This document shows positions 20,496 to 29,202 of a DNA stretch of 32,000 bases, piece after piece. The stretch lies in the NCBI RefSeq assembly GCF_000341895.1, contig NC_020409.1, forward strand, positions 3,422,411 through 3,454,410, in the 5' to 3' direction. Position 1 is the first letter of the stretch. Each line of letters starts with the position of its first letter. The DNA comes from Pseudodesulfovibrio piezophilus C1TLV30 (lineage in GTDB: Bacteria; Desulfobacterota; Desulfovibrionia; Desulfovibrionales; Desulfovibrionaceae). Below the pieces are notes generated by a model. The model made no database searches and was not told the DNA's origin. It was given only the letters and a program-made list of their open reading frames with translations. The position numbers and the translations under genes were made by a program.

Positions 20496-22205
20496 ATGTC
20501 ATTGGAAGTGCTTGCATTAGTTGCACTGCTGCCAATTCTGGTAGCACTGGTCCTTATGGTCGGCATGCGTTGGCCTGCCACCAAAGCCATGCCCCTTGCA
20601 TGGCTCACCGCCGCTGCCGGCGCTGTCATTGTCTGGGGACTGCCCGTCAAATACGTGGCAGCCTTGACCCTTCAGGGGTTCATTACCGCCATCGGTATTT
20701 TGATCATTGTTTTCGGTGCGATCCTGATTCTTCGTACCCTGCAGCAGTCTGGCGGTATGGAAACCATCCAGTATGGCATGCAGAACATCACGCCTGACCG
20801 TCGTATTCAGGCCATTATCATCGGGTATATGTTTGCAGCATTTCTTGAGGGCGCTGCCGGTTTCGGTACTCCTGCTGCCTTGGCTGCGCCGCTGTTGCTG
20901 TCATTGGGCTTTCCGCCCCTTGCTGCCGCAATTGTGTGTCTGGTCTTCAACTCGTTCCCTGTCACATTCGGCGCTGTCGGTACTCCGGTCGTTCTCGGCC
21001 TGAAATACCTCGCTCCCGGTGTTGACCAGGCCGTTGCTTCTGGCGTGGCTGGATTGAACTTCGCCAACATGGGCGATTTCAACTCCGTCATCGGTCAGTG
21101 GGCTACTGTGATGAACCTCGCCATGATCTTCATCCTGCCGGTCTTCATGCTCGGTTTCATTACCCGCTACTTCGGTCCTGAGCGGAGCTGGAAGCCAGGC
21201 TTGGCCGCATGGAAATTCTGCATATTCGCAGCTGTTTCTTTCACTGTTCCTTATATGTTCTTCGCATGGAACGTCGGTCCTGAGTTCCCTTCACTGATCG
21301 GTGGTCTCGTCGGTCTCGGCATCATCATCGCTGGCGCAAAAGCCGGTTTTTGCGTGCCCAAGACTGCCTGGAACTTCGGTGATTCCTCCAAATGGGACCC
21401 GGAATGGACCGGTACCGTTTCCGGTGGCTCCACTGACTTCAAGCCGCACATGAGCCAGTTCAAGGCTTGGTTGCCTTACATTCTGATCGGCGCCATCCTG
21501 GTTGTGACCCGTATTCCTGAATTGGGAATCAAGGGCGTGCTCGCAGCTCAGGCTATCAAGTTCAGCCATATCCTCGGATACAAGAGCGTCAACGGCGCGA
21601 TTGCCTACCTGTACCTGCCCGGTACTATCCCGTTCACACTGGTTGCCATTCTGACCATTGCCATTCACGGTATGCCAAGCAGCAAGGTCAAGGCCGCCTG
21701 GAGCCAGGCGATTGTCACCATGAAGAACCCAACCATCGCACTGTTTGCCGCAGTTGCCCTGGTTTCCATCTTCCGTGGTTCCGGTATTGCTGATGCTGCA
21801 TTGAATCCGAACAACTACCCTTCCATGCCTCTGGCAATGGCCAAGGCTGTGGCCGGTATCGCCGGTAATGCATGGCCCATGGTTGCTTCCTACGTTGGTG
21901 GTCTTGGTGCATTCATCACTGGTTCCAACACTGTTTCTGATCTGCTCTTCGCAGAATTCCAGTGGGGTGTCGCAACTCAGCTGGAACTGCCGCGTCAGAT
22001 CATCGTTGCCGCCCAGGCAGTCGGTGGTGGTATGGGTAACATGATTTGTATCCATAACATCGTTGCTGTGTGCGCCGTTGTCGGTTTGTCCGGCATGGAA
22101 GGTGCCATTCTGAAGCGCACCGTTGTGCCTTTCGTGCTCTACGGTATTGTTGTCGGTATCGTCGCGTCGCTCCTGAGCTTCGTGTTCGTTCCCGGCATCT
22201 TCTAG
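20496..22205 (+). CDS. lctP: L-lactate permease (LctP/LldP family)
   Basis: About 569 aa and highly hydrophobic, with LctP-family blocks ([67 protein letters not shown]). The ATG at 20496 follows a GGAGGAG RBS. The track start at 20460 precedes the RBS. Confidence 0.9.
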   Translation: MSLEVLALVALLPILVALVLMVGMRWPATKAMPLAWLTAAAGAVIVWGLPVKYVAALTLQGFITAIGILIIVFGAILILRTLQQSGGMETIQYGMQNITPDRRIQAIIIGYMFAAFLEGAAGFGTPAALAAPLLLSLGFPPLAAAIVCLVFNSFPVTFGAVGTPVVLGLKYLAPGVDQAVASGVAGLNFANMGDFNSVIGQWATVMNLAMIFILPVFMLGFITRYFGPERSWKPGLAAWKFCIFAAVSFTVPYMFFAWNVGPEFPSLIGGLVGLGIIIAGAKAGFCVPKTAWNFGDSSKWDPEWTGTVSGGSTDFKPHMSQFKAWLPYILIGAILVVTRIPELGIKGVLAAQAIKFSHILGYKSVNGAIAYLYLPGTIPFTLVAILTIAIHGMPSSKVKAAWSQAIVTMKNPTIALFAAVALVSIFRGSGIADAALNPNNYPSMPLAMAKAVAGIAGNAWPMVASYVGGLGAFITGSNTVSDLLFAEFQWGVATQLELPRQIIVAAQAVGGGMGNMICIHNIVAVCAVVGLSGMEGAILKRTVVPFVLYGIVVGIVASLLSFVFVPGIF

Positions 22206-22220
22206 TTTCGATTGTCCCTA

Positions 22221-22251
22221 GGGGAGGCGGGCAAAACCCGCCTCCCTTTTT
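22221..22251 (+). terminator. Intrinsic terminator after the lactate permease gene
   Basis: GGGGAGGCGGG-caaaa-CCCGCCTCCC followed by TTTTT, beginning 16 nt after the stop. Confidence 0.8.
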
Positions 22252-22337
22252 CGCAAAAGTGGATATAATTCATACAATAACAATATACGCCTTTCTCCCT
22301 GGCGACAGCTCGGGATAAGAATTTTAGGAGTTTAACA

Positions 22338-23732
22338 ATGAGTAAAGATGCCATCATCAAGGATTTCGAAGCCATTGTCGGTGCCGAAAATTGCATGACG
22401 AGCGAAACTGACCGTCATTCCTACTCTTACGACGCTGCCGTGCTCGATTCCGTGATGCCAGCCCTGGTTGTTCGCCCCGAGACCAGCGAAGCTTTGGGCA
22501 AAGTCACCAAGCTCTGTAATGATAACGGCCTGCCTCTGACCGTCCGCGGCGCAGGGACTAATCTTTCCGGTGGAACCATTCCTCACCCAGGTGGTGTCGT
22601 TGTTTTGACCAATGGTCTCAATCGCATCCTGGAGATCAACGAAGAAGATATGTACGCTGTGGTTGAACCCGGTGTTGTCACTGCTCAATTTGCGGCCGAA
22701 GTTGCCAAGCGCGGATTGTTCTACCCCCCGGACCCAGGCAGCCAGACTGTTTCCACGATCGGTGGTAACGTCGCAGAGAACGCTGGTGGTCTTCGCGGTC
22801 TGAAATATGGTGTGACAAAAGATTACGTCATGGGTATCGAATTCTGGGATGTGAACGGCGATCTGGTGAAGTCCGGTTCCCGCACTGTTAAATGCGTTAC
22901 CGGATACAATCTGGCTGGCTTGATGGTCGCTTCCGAAGGTACTTTAGGTATTTTTGACAAGGTTATCCTGAAACTTGTTCCGCCTGCAAAGGCCGCTAAG
23001 TCCATGATGGCCATTTTCCCCTCCATGAAGGCTGCTTCCGAGACTGTTGCTGCTATTATTGCAAACAAGATTGTCCCGGCAACTCTGGAGATGATGGATA
23101 ATTTTACCATTAATACCGTTGAGAATTTTCGTAAGGCTGGTCTGCCTACCGATGCCGCCGCACTGCTCCTCATCGAGGTTGATGGGCATCCGGCACAGGT
23201 CGAGGATGAAGCTGTTCTGGTCGAGCAGATCTGCAAGGCCAACGGCGCAACTGAATTGAAGGTCGCCAAAGATGCCGCTGAGAGAGACGCTGTCTGGCAG
23301 GCTCGTCGCGATGCATTGCCCGCACTGGCTAAGTTGAAGCCTACCTGCGTGCTTGAAGATGCGACTGTCCCCCGCTCGAAAATTCCTGCAATGATTGAGG
23401 CTCTGGGTGAGATCTCCCAGAAGCTCGACTTGACCATCGGAACATTCGGTCATGCTGGTGATGGTAACTTGCACCCGACTATTCTGACAGACAAACGTGA
23501 CAAATCCGAATGGGAACGCGTTGAAAAGGGTATTGACATGATCTTTGATCGTGCTTTGGCTCTGGGCGGAACCCTGTCCGGCGAGCACGGCATCGGTCTT
23601 GCCAAATCCAAGTATATGGAGATCGAAACTTCCCGTGCGACTCTGGATTATGCCCACCGAATGAAGAGCGTTCTTGATCCTAAGGGCATCCTGAATCCCG
23701 GTAAGATCATCGGCTTCAAGTCCGAGAAATAG
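22338..23732 (+). CDS. FAD-binding oxidase, GlcD-like: flavoprotein subunit of an NAD-independent D-lactate dehydrogenase
   Basis: 464 aa with an FAD_binding_4-type N-terminus (PALVVRPETSEALGKVTKLCNDNGLPLTVRGAGTNLSGG) and a GlcD-like C-terminus (GTLSGEHGIGLAKSKYM). Its position matches the glcD-like gene of the D. vulgaris lactate cluster. RBS is TAGGAG. Confidence 0.85.
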   Translation: MSKDAIIKDFEAIVGAENCMTSETDRHSYSYDAAVLDSVMPALVVRPETSEALGKVTKLCNDNGLPLTVRGAGTNLSGGTIPHPGGVVVLTNGLNRILEINEEDMYAVVEPGVVTAQFAAEVAKRGLFYPPDPGSQTVSTIGGNVAENAGGLRGLKYGVTKDYVMGIEFWDVNGDLVKSGSRTVKCVTGYNLAGLMVASEGTLGIFDKVILKLVPPAKAAKSMMAIFPSMKAASETVAAIIANKIVPATLEMMDNFTINTVENFRKAGLPTDAAALLLIEVDGHPAQVEDEAVLVEQICKANGATELKVAKDAAERDAVWQARRDALPALAKLKPTCVLEDATVPRSKIPAMIEALGEISQKLDLTIGTFGHAGDGNLHPTILTDKRDKSEWERVEKGIDMIFDRALALGGTLSGEHGIGLAKSKYMEIETSRATLDYAHRMKSVLDPKGILNPGKIIGFKSEK

Positions 23733-23741
23733 AGGTTCATC

Positions 23742-25022
23742 ATGGCCGATATCAATAAACTCGCTGAAATGTTCAAGGAACTGGACGATCTCCTGGTAGG
23801 CTGCATGCGATGCGGCATGTGCCAGGCTGTCTGTCCGGTCTTCGCCCAGTCCGGTCGTGAGACCGATGTGACCCGTGGGAAGCTCGCGCTTCTCGATGGA
23901 CTGGCCAATGAAATGCTGACTGATCCCGAGGGCGTCAATGACAAGCTTAATCGCTGTCTGCTGTGTGGAACGTGTCAGTCCAACTGTCCAAGCGGTGTCT
24001 CCGTCATGGACATATTCCTTAAGGCTCGTGCCATCATGACCGGTTATTTCGGTCTCTCTCCGGTGAAGCAGGCCATTTTCCGGGGTATGCTCAAGAATCC
24101 CAAGCTGTTTAATGCATTGACGAACATGGGATCAAAATTCCAGGGATTGTTCACCAAAAAGGTGGATGACATGCTTGGTTCTTCCTGTGCCCGCTTCAAT
24201 ATGCCGGTCATCGGAGATCGCCATTTTAACTCCCTGGCCTCCAAGCCATTGCACAAGATCGTACCCGAATTGGATACTCCGGCTGGCAAGAGCGGCATCA
24301 AGGTCGCCCTTTACGTCGGATGTGTCATCGACAAGATCTACCCCCAGGTCGGTCAGGCTATCCTGAAGGTTCTGGAACATCATGGAGTCGGTGTGTTCAT
24401 GCCGTCCGGACAGTCTTGCTGCGGCATCCCTGTCCTGTCCAGCGGTGATACCAAGACCTTTGACAGCCTGGTTGCGGCCAATGTGAAGTTGTTCAAGGAC
24501 GGGGAATTCGATTACCTCGTCACCGGATGTGCTTCATGTACTTCTACCATCAAGGAACTGTGGCCTCACATGTACCAGGGACCGTCTGAACACCGTTACG
24601 ATATAGGTGTGCTTGAACGGAAAACCATGGACATCAGCCAATTCCTCGTGGATATACTTAAAGTGGAGCCTGCCAAGGTGAATGGCGGCAAGAGCGTCAC
24701 CTATCACGATCCCTGCCACCTGAAAAACTCTCTTGGCATCACTGCCCAGCCACGCGACGTGATCCGCGCCGCCGGTTGCGACTTCAAGGAAATGAATGAA
24801 GCCGGAACGTGCTGTGGTTGTGGCGGTAGCTTCAATATCGCCCACTACGACCTGTCGAAAAAAATCGGCAGTCGCAAGGCGGACAACATCATGGCATCCG
24901 GTGCGACGACGGCAACGACGAGTTGTCCGGCGTGCATGCTCCAGATCACGGATATGCTGTCTCAGAAGAAGGCTGGCATGGATGTCAAGCACGTCATCGA
25001 ATTGTACGCTGACGCGCTATAG
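23742..25022 (+). CDS. GlcF-like iron-sulfur subunit (2x[4Fe-4S] plus two CCG domains), partner of the GlcD-like dehydrogenase
   Basis: CMRCGMCQAVCP and CLLCGTCQSNCP ferredoxin motifs. Two cysteine-rich CCG motifs follow (CCGIPVLSSGD; CCGCGGSFNI), as in GlcF, HdrD and LutA. It starts 10 nt after the upstream stop. Confidence 0.85.
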   Translation: MADINKLAEMFKELDDLLVGCMRCGMCQAVCPVFAQSGRETDVTRGKLALLDGLANEMLTDPEGVNDKLNRCLLCGTCQSNCPSGVSVMDIFLKARAIMTGYFGLSPVKQAIFRGMLKNPKLFNALTNMGSKFQGLFTKKVDDMLGSSCARFNMPVIGDRHFNSLASKPLHKIVPELDTPAGKSGIKVALYVGCVIDKIYPQVGQAILKVLEHHGVGVFMPSGQSCCGIPVLSSGDTKTFDSLVAANVKLFKDGEFDYLVTGCASCTSTIKELWPHMYQGPSEHRYDIGVLERKTMDISQFLVDILKVEPAKVNGGKSVTYHDPCHLKNSLGITAQPRDVIRAAGCDFKEMNEAGTCCGCGGSFNIAHYDLSKKIGSRKADNIMASGATTATTSCPACMLQITDMLSQKKAGMDVKHVIELYADAL

Positions 25023-25055
25023 TTCATTAACGGATAGGCAATAAGGAACCCCGCA

Positions 25056-27167
25056 ATGTCCAAAAACCTGTATGTGAGCGCGACGGAAGAGCGCAGCGGC
25101 AAATCCGCCGTTGTTCTCGGCGTGATGCAGATGCTCATGCGAGAGCTGCATAATGTCGCCATCTTCCGGCCCATTATTAATGACCCGGGCGAAGGGAGAC
25201 AGGACCACGACATCACTTTGATGCTCGACTACTTCAAACTGTCCATTCCCTATCGCGACACCTACGCTTACACACTCAAGGAAGCGCGTGAACTGATCAA
25301 CTCAGGTCAGCATGCCGTTGTTCTGGAAAACATCCTGAAGAAGTATATGGCGCTGGAAGAAGAGTACGATTTCGTGCTCTGTGAAGGCACCGACTTCAAG
25401 GGTAAGGACCCGGCATTTGAGTTCGACCTCAACGCGGATATCGCTGCCAATATCGGTTCACCCATGTTGGTGGTGACCTCTGGCCGTGAAAAGACTGCAG
25501 AAGAAGTGGTCAACATTACCCAGACGACCCTGGATACCCTGGGAGAAAAGGGAGTGGACTTCCTGGCCTGCGTGGTCAACCGTGCGCCGGAAGGTATGAC
25601 TGATGAAGTGATCGGCACCATCAAGTGCAAGATCAGTGAAGATCCGATGCCTGTCTATGTCATCCCGGAAAACGAGGCCTTGGCGAATCCCACCATCGCA
25701 GATGTGAAGCGGTGGTTAGATGCCGATGTCCTCTATGGTCACAGCGGGTTGCAGTCTCTGGTTGACAACTATGTTGTCGCGGCCATGCAGATCGGTAACT
25801 TCCTTGAGTATATCAAGCCCGGAAGCCTGATCATCACTCCTGGTGATCGTTCGGACATAATCTTGGCCAGTCTTGCTTCAAGATTGTCCAGTTCATACCC
25901 GGATATCGCTGGAGTTCTGTTGACTGGCGGTTTGGAAGTCTCCAGGAGTGTGCACAAGCTCATCGAGGGATGGACCGGTGTTCCGGTTCCTGTATTGTCT
26001 GTTAAAGGACATACATTCCATAATGTGCAGGAGCTCAATCGCCTTTACGGGCGCATAGAAGCCGATGACCACCAGCGTATAGCCACCGCTCTTGGTGGAT
26101 TCTCCCAGCATGTGGACGTGCAGCAACTTCGTGATCGTGTCGTTGAGCAACGTTCGCCCCGCGTGACCCCGAAGATGTTTGAATACTCCTTGTTTGACAA
26201 GGCATCTCGGGACAAACAACGTATTGTTCTGCCCGAGGGAACTGTTGAGCGTATCCTTCGTGCTGCGGATATCCTGTTGCGCCGGGGTGTTGCCGAAATC
26301 ATCCTGCTCGGTCGCGAAGAGGAGATTCGTCAGAACGCTTCCAAATACGGTGTGGACATATCCGGGGCTCAGATCATTGATCCGAGCGAATCGGAATTGC
26401 TGGATAGCTTTGCCGAGGAATACCTGGAACTGCGCAAGCACAAAGGCATGATAGCCGAAATGGCATGGGACCGCATGGCGGATACCACTTATTTCGGTAC
26501 TATGATGGTTCACAAGGGTTTTGCAGATGGCATGGTTTCCGGCTCTGTGACAACAACTGCTCAGACCATCCGTCCTGCTTTTGAGTTTGTGAAAACAAAA
26601 CCGACCAGCTCCATTGTCTCATCTGTCTTCCTGATGTGCCTGAAAGACAGCGTGTTGGTTTACGGAGATTGTGCCGTCAACCCCAATCCCAATGCCCAGC
26701 AGCTCGCAGAAATAGCCATCAGTGCGGCTGAAACGGCCCGTATTTTCGGTGTCGACCCCAAGGTTGCCATGCTTAGCTATTCTACCGGTGCTTCGGGCAA
26801 GGGTGAAGATGTGGAGCGTGTGACCGAGGCGACCAGGATTGCCAAAGAGTTGATCAAAGAGCGCGGACTGGACTTCCCCATTGAGGGACCGCTTCAGTAC
26901 GATGCGGCTGTAGATCCGGCAGTAGCCAAGGTCAAGATGCCGGATTCCGATGTGGCTGGACAGGCTACGGTCTTTATCTTCCCGGATCTGAATACCGGCA
27001 ACAACACCTACAAGGCAGTGCAGAGAGCAGCAAATGCCGTGGCTATCGGGCCTATCTTGCAGGGCTTGAATAAGCCGGTCAACGATCTGTCACGGGGATG
27101 TACTGTGCCGGATATTGTCAATACCGTCGCCATTACCGCCATTCAGGCGCAGGCGGAAAAGAAATAA
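25056..27167 (+). CDS. pta: Phosphate acetyltransferase, long form (about 700 aa with an N-terminal regulatory region)
   Basis: 703 aa. The C-terminal PTA_PTB catalytic domain contains RIVLPEGTVERILRAA, GMVSGSVTTTAQTIRPA, YGDCAVNPNPNAQQLAEIA and FIFPDLNTGNNTYKAVQR. The N-terminal half is DRTGG-type. Confidence 0.93.
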   Translation: MSKNLYVSATEERSGKSAVVLGVMQMLMRELHNVAIFRPIINDPGEGRQDHDITLMLDYFKLSIPYRDTYAYTLKEARELINSGQHAVVLENILKKYMALEEEYDFVLCEGTDFKGKDPAFEFDLNADIAANIGSPMLVVTSGREKTAEEVVNITQTTLDTLGEKGVDFLACVVNRAPEGMTDEVIGTIKCKISEDPMPVYVIPENEALANPTIADVKRWLDADVLYGHSGLQSLVDNYVVAAMQIGNFLEYIKPGSLIITPGDRSDIILASLASRLSSSYPDIAGVLLTGGLEVSRSVHKLIEGWTGVPVPVLSVKGHTFHNVQELNRLYGRIEADDHQRIATALGGFSQHVDVQQLRDRVVEQRSPRVTPKMFEYSLFDKASRDKQRIVLPEGTVERILRAADILLRRGVAEIILLGREEEIRQNASKYGVDISGAQIIDPSESELLDSFAEEYLELRKHKGMIAEMAWDRMADTTYFGTMMVHKGFADGMVSGSVTTTAQTIRPAFEFVKTKPTSSIVSSVFLMCLKDSVLVYGDCAVNPNPNAQQLAEIAISAAETARIFGVDPKVAMLSYSTGASGKGEDVERVTEATRIAKELIKERGLDFPIEGPLQYDAAVDPAVAKVKMPDSDVAGQATVFIFPDLNTGNNTYKAVQRAANAVAIGPILQGLNKPVNDLSRGCTVPDIVNTVAITAIQAQAEKK

Positions 27168-27179
27168 TACTCGTTTTGC

Positions 27180-27204
27180 GGGAGGCCCGGTTTCCGGGCC
27201 TCCC
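27180..27204 (+). other. GC-rich intercistronic stem-loop between pta and ackA, with no U-tract
   Basis: GGGAGGCCCGG-ttt-CCGGGCCTCCC is a perfect 11-bp stem 13 nt after the pta stop. It is followed by GGATTTCGAG rather than a T-run, so it fits RNA stabilisation or processing better than termination. Confidence 0.6.
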
Positions 27205-27287
27205 GGATTTCGAGCGAATTTTTGTGAAAAAAACACAGCCAAGTGTGCTGCGAAAACATTTAATGAAGACAAGTAGGGGCGTACGAA

Positions 27288-28496
27288 ATGAAAGTTCTGG
27301 TTATCAACTCTGGCAGTTCATCAATCAAATACCAGTTGCTCGACACCGAGACCGAAGCGGTCATGGTCAATGGACTGGTTGAGAGGATCGGCGAAGAGGT
27401 GGGCGACCTGAAAAACAAGGCCTTCCCTGGCACCGAAAATGAAGTGGTGACAGAAATTCAACAGCCCATTCCGGATCACAACACTGGAATGCGTCTGGCC
27501 ATTGAGCTGATCACTGACCCCGAGAAGGGAGTGCTCAAGGATAAAGGCGAGATCGGCGCAATCGGTCACCGAGTCGTGCATGGTGGTGAGGATTTTCACA
27601 AGTCCACTGTGATTACCGACGAAGTTATTGCTGCTATTGAAGCCTGTGTTCCACTGGCTCCGTTGCATAACTCCGCGAATCTGGATGGTATCCGGGTGGC
27701 AATGGAATTGTTCCCTGAAGCTCCTCAGGTCGCTGTCTTCGATACTGCTTTCCATCAGACCATTCCAGCCCATGCCTACATGTATGCTTTGCCTTACGCC
27801 CTGTACGAGGAGAATCGTATCCGTCGCTATGGTTTCCACGGAACTTCCCACAAGTTCGTTGCCGGTGAAATGGCTCGTCTGCTTGGCAAGCCTCTGGAAG
27901 AAACCAACATGGTGACAGTTCACCTGGGTAACGGCGGTTCCATCACTGCTGTCGAAAACGGTCAGTCCGTTGATACTTCCATGGGCATGACGCCGCTGGA
28001 AGGGCTGGTCATGGGAACTCGGTCAGGTGATGTTGACCCCGCTGTCCATACTTTTCTGGCTCGGAATAAAGGGATGGACATTGAGCAGATCGACACCTTG
28101 TTGAACAAGGAATCCGGCCTCAAGGGACTGTGTGGAATGAATGACATGCGTGATATCCACGCTGCCATTGAAAAAGGTGACAAACACGCCGAGATCGCTC
28201 TTGGGGTGCAGACATATAGAAATCGTAAGTATATTGGCGCGTACATGGCTGTTCTTGGTCGTGTTGATGCAATCGTCTTTACCGCCGGTATCGGTGAGAA
28301 TGATGATATCGTGCGTCGTGAGTCATTGAAAGACCTGGAGGCTTTCGGTGTCGAGATCGACCAGGATGCCAATGCCAAACGTGGAAAGGAACCATTCAAG
28401 ATTAGCACTGAGGCTAGTAAGGTTGCTGTCTGGGTGATTCCTACCAATGAAGAACTCGCTATCGCGAGGGAAGCTCGAGAAGTCCTGAGCAAGTAA
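27288..28496 (+). CDS. ackA: Acetate kinase
   Basis: 402 aa: MKVLVINSGSSSIKYQL, GHRVVHGG, AFHQTIP, RRYGFHGTSH, VHLGNGGSI, VFTAGIGEN, VIPTNEELAIA. All are canonical AckA blocks. Confidence 0.95.
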   Translation: MKVLVINSGSSSIKYQLLDTETEAVMVNGLVERIGEEVGDLKNKAFPGTENEVVTEIQQPIPDHNTGMRLAIELITDPEKGVLKDKGEIGAIGHRVVHGGEDFHKSTVITDEVIAAIEACVPLAPLHNSANLDGIRVAMELFPEAPQVAVFDTAFHQTIPAHAYMYALPYALYEENRIRRYGFHGTSHKFVAGEMARLLGKPLEETNMVTVHLGNGGSITAVENGQSVDTSMGMTPLEGLVMGTRSGDVDPAVHTFLARNKGMDIEQIDTLLNKESGLKGLCGMNDMRDIHAAIEKGDKHAEIALGVQTYRNRKYIGAYMAVLGRVDAIVFTAGIGENDDIVRRESLKDLEAFGVEIDQDANAKRGKEPFKISTEASKVAVWVIPTNEELAIAREAREVLSK

Positions 28497-28513
28497 CAAC
28501 GACCGTTGCGGAG

Positions 28514-28545
28514 GCCTCTTCCCTGTCATAGGGGGAGAGGCTTTT
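28514..28545 (+). terminator. Weak terminator-like hairpin after ackA
   Basis: GCCTCTTCCC-tgtcatag-GGGGAGAGGC (one G-U pair) followed by TTTTGG. The next start lies only about 30 nt downstream, so read-through is likely. Confidence 0.45.
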
Positions 28546-28573
28546 GGTCAAAGTATCAATGGAGGTGGGTGCT

Positions 28574-29200
28574 ATGCCTTCCAAGGAAGATTTGTACGGA
28601 AAATTTGTGGAAAAAGCGAAGCTTGTCTCCGCTATTATTACAGAAATTTCCAGTGAGGATGACGCGCTGGATTACCTTTTAGACCTGTGTGACAAGAAAG
28701 AGGCATGCCAACTGCTGGCAAGCGGCTGCGAGCTTGATTTGTCCAAAAAGGCTGAAGACCTGTGTGACGGAAAGCAGAAGAAAGTCATTGCCGCCCCCGG
28801 TCTCAAAAAAGAATTATACTCCAAGCTGGAGACTCGGGCAACTAAGGCCGGTTTCGACTGTATCGATTCAGGCATGCGCGATCACCTTGCCGGGGTTGAT
28901 ATTGGCTTTACCATAGCCGACTACGGTATTGCCGACACCGGCACACTGATGCTGGACTGCCCAAGCGAGGAACTGCGTTTGGCGACCATGGTCAGTGAAT
29001 TTCATGTCTGCATTCTTTCGAAGTCCAAAATTCGGGCCAATACATACGCTGTGGAAAAAATGATGCTCACCCGGATGAACAAAAAGCCAAACTATCTGGC
29101 GTATATTACCGGTGCCAGCCGTACCGCGGACATCGAGCGTGTGCTCACCATGGGTGTCCACGGTCCCCTCGAACTCCATATCCTTGTTTTGGAGGACTAG
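28574..29200 (+). CDS. lutC: LutC/YkgG-family (LUD domain) lactate utilisation protein
   Basis: About 208 aa. Its size and C-terminal block (ADYGIADTGTLML...SEFHVCIL...YITGASRTADIE) are typical of LutC. The ATG at 28574 has a GGAGG RBS at 8-nt spacing. It is immediately followed, after 2 nt, by the LutB-like gene. Confidence 0.8.
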   Translation: MPSKEDLYGKFVEKAKLVSAIITEISSEDDALDYLLDLCDKKEACQLLASGCELDLSKKAEDLCDGKQKKVIAAPGLKKELYSKLETRATKAGFDCIDSGMRDHLAGVDIGFTIADYGIADTGTLMLDCPSEELRLATMVSEFHVCILSKSKIRANTYAVEKMMLTRMNKKPNYLAYITGASRTADIERVLTMGVHGPLELHILVLED

Positions 29201-29202
29201 TC

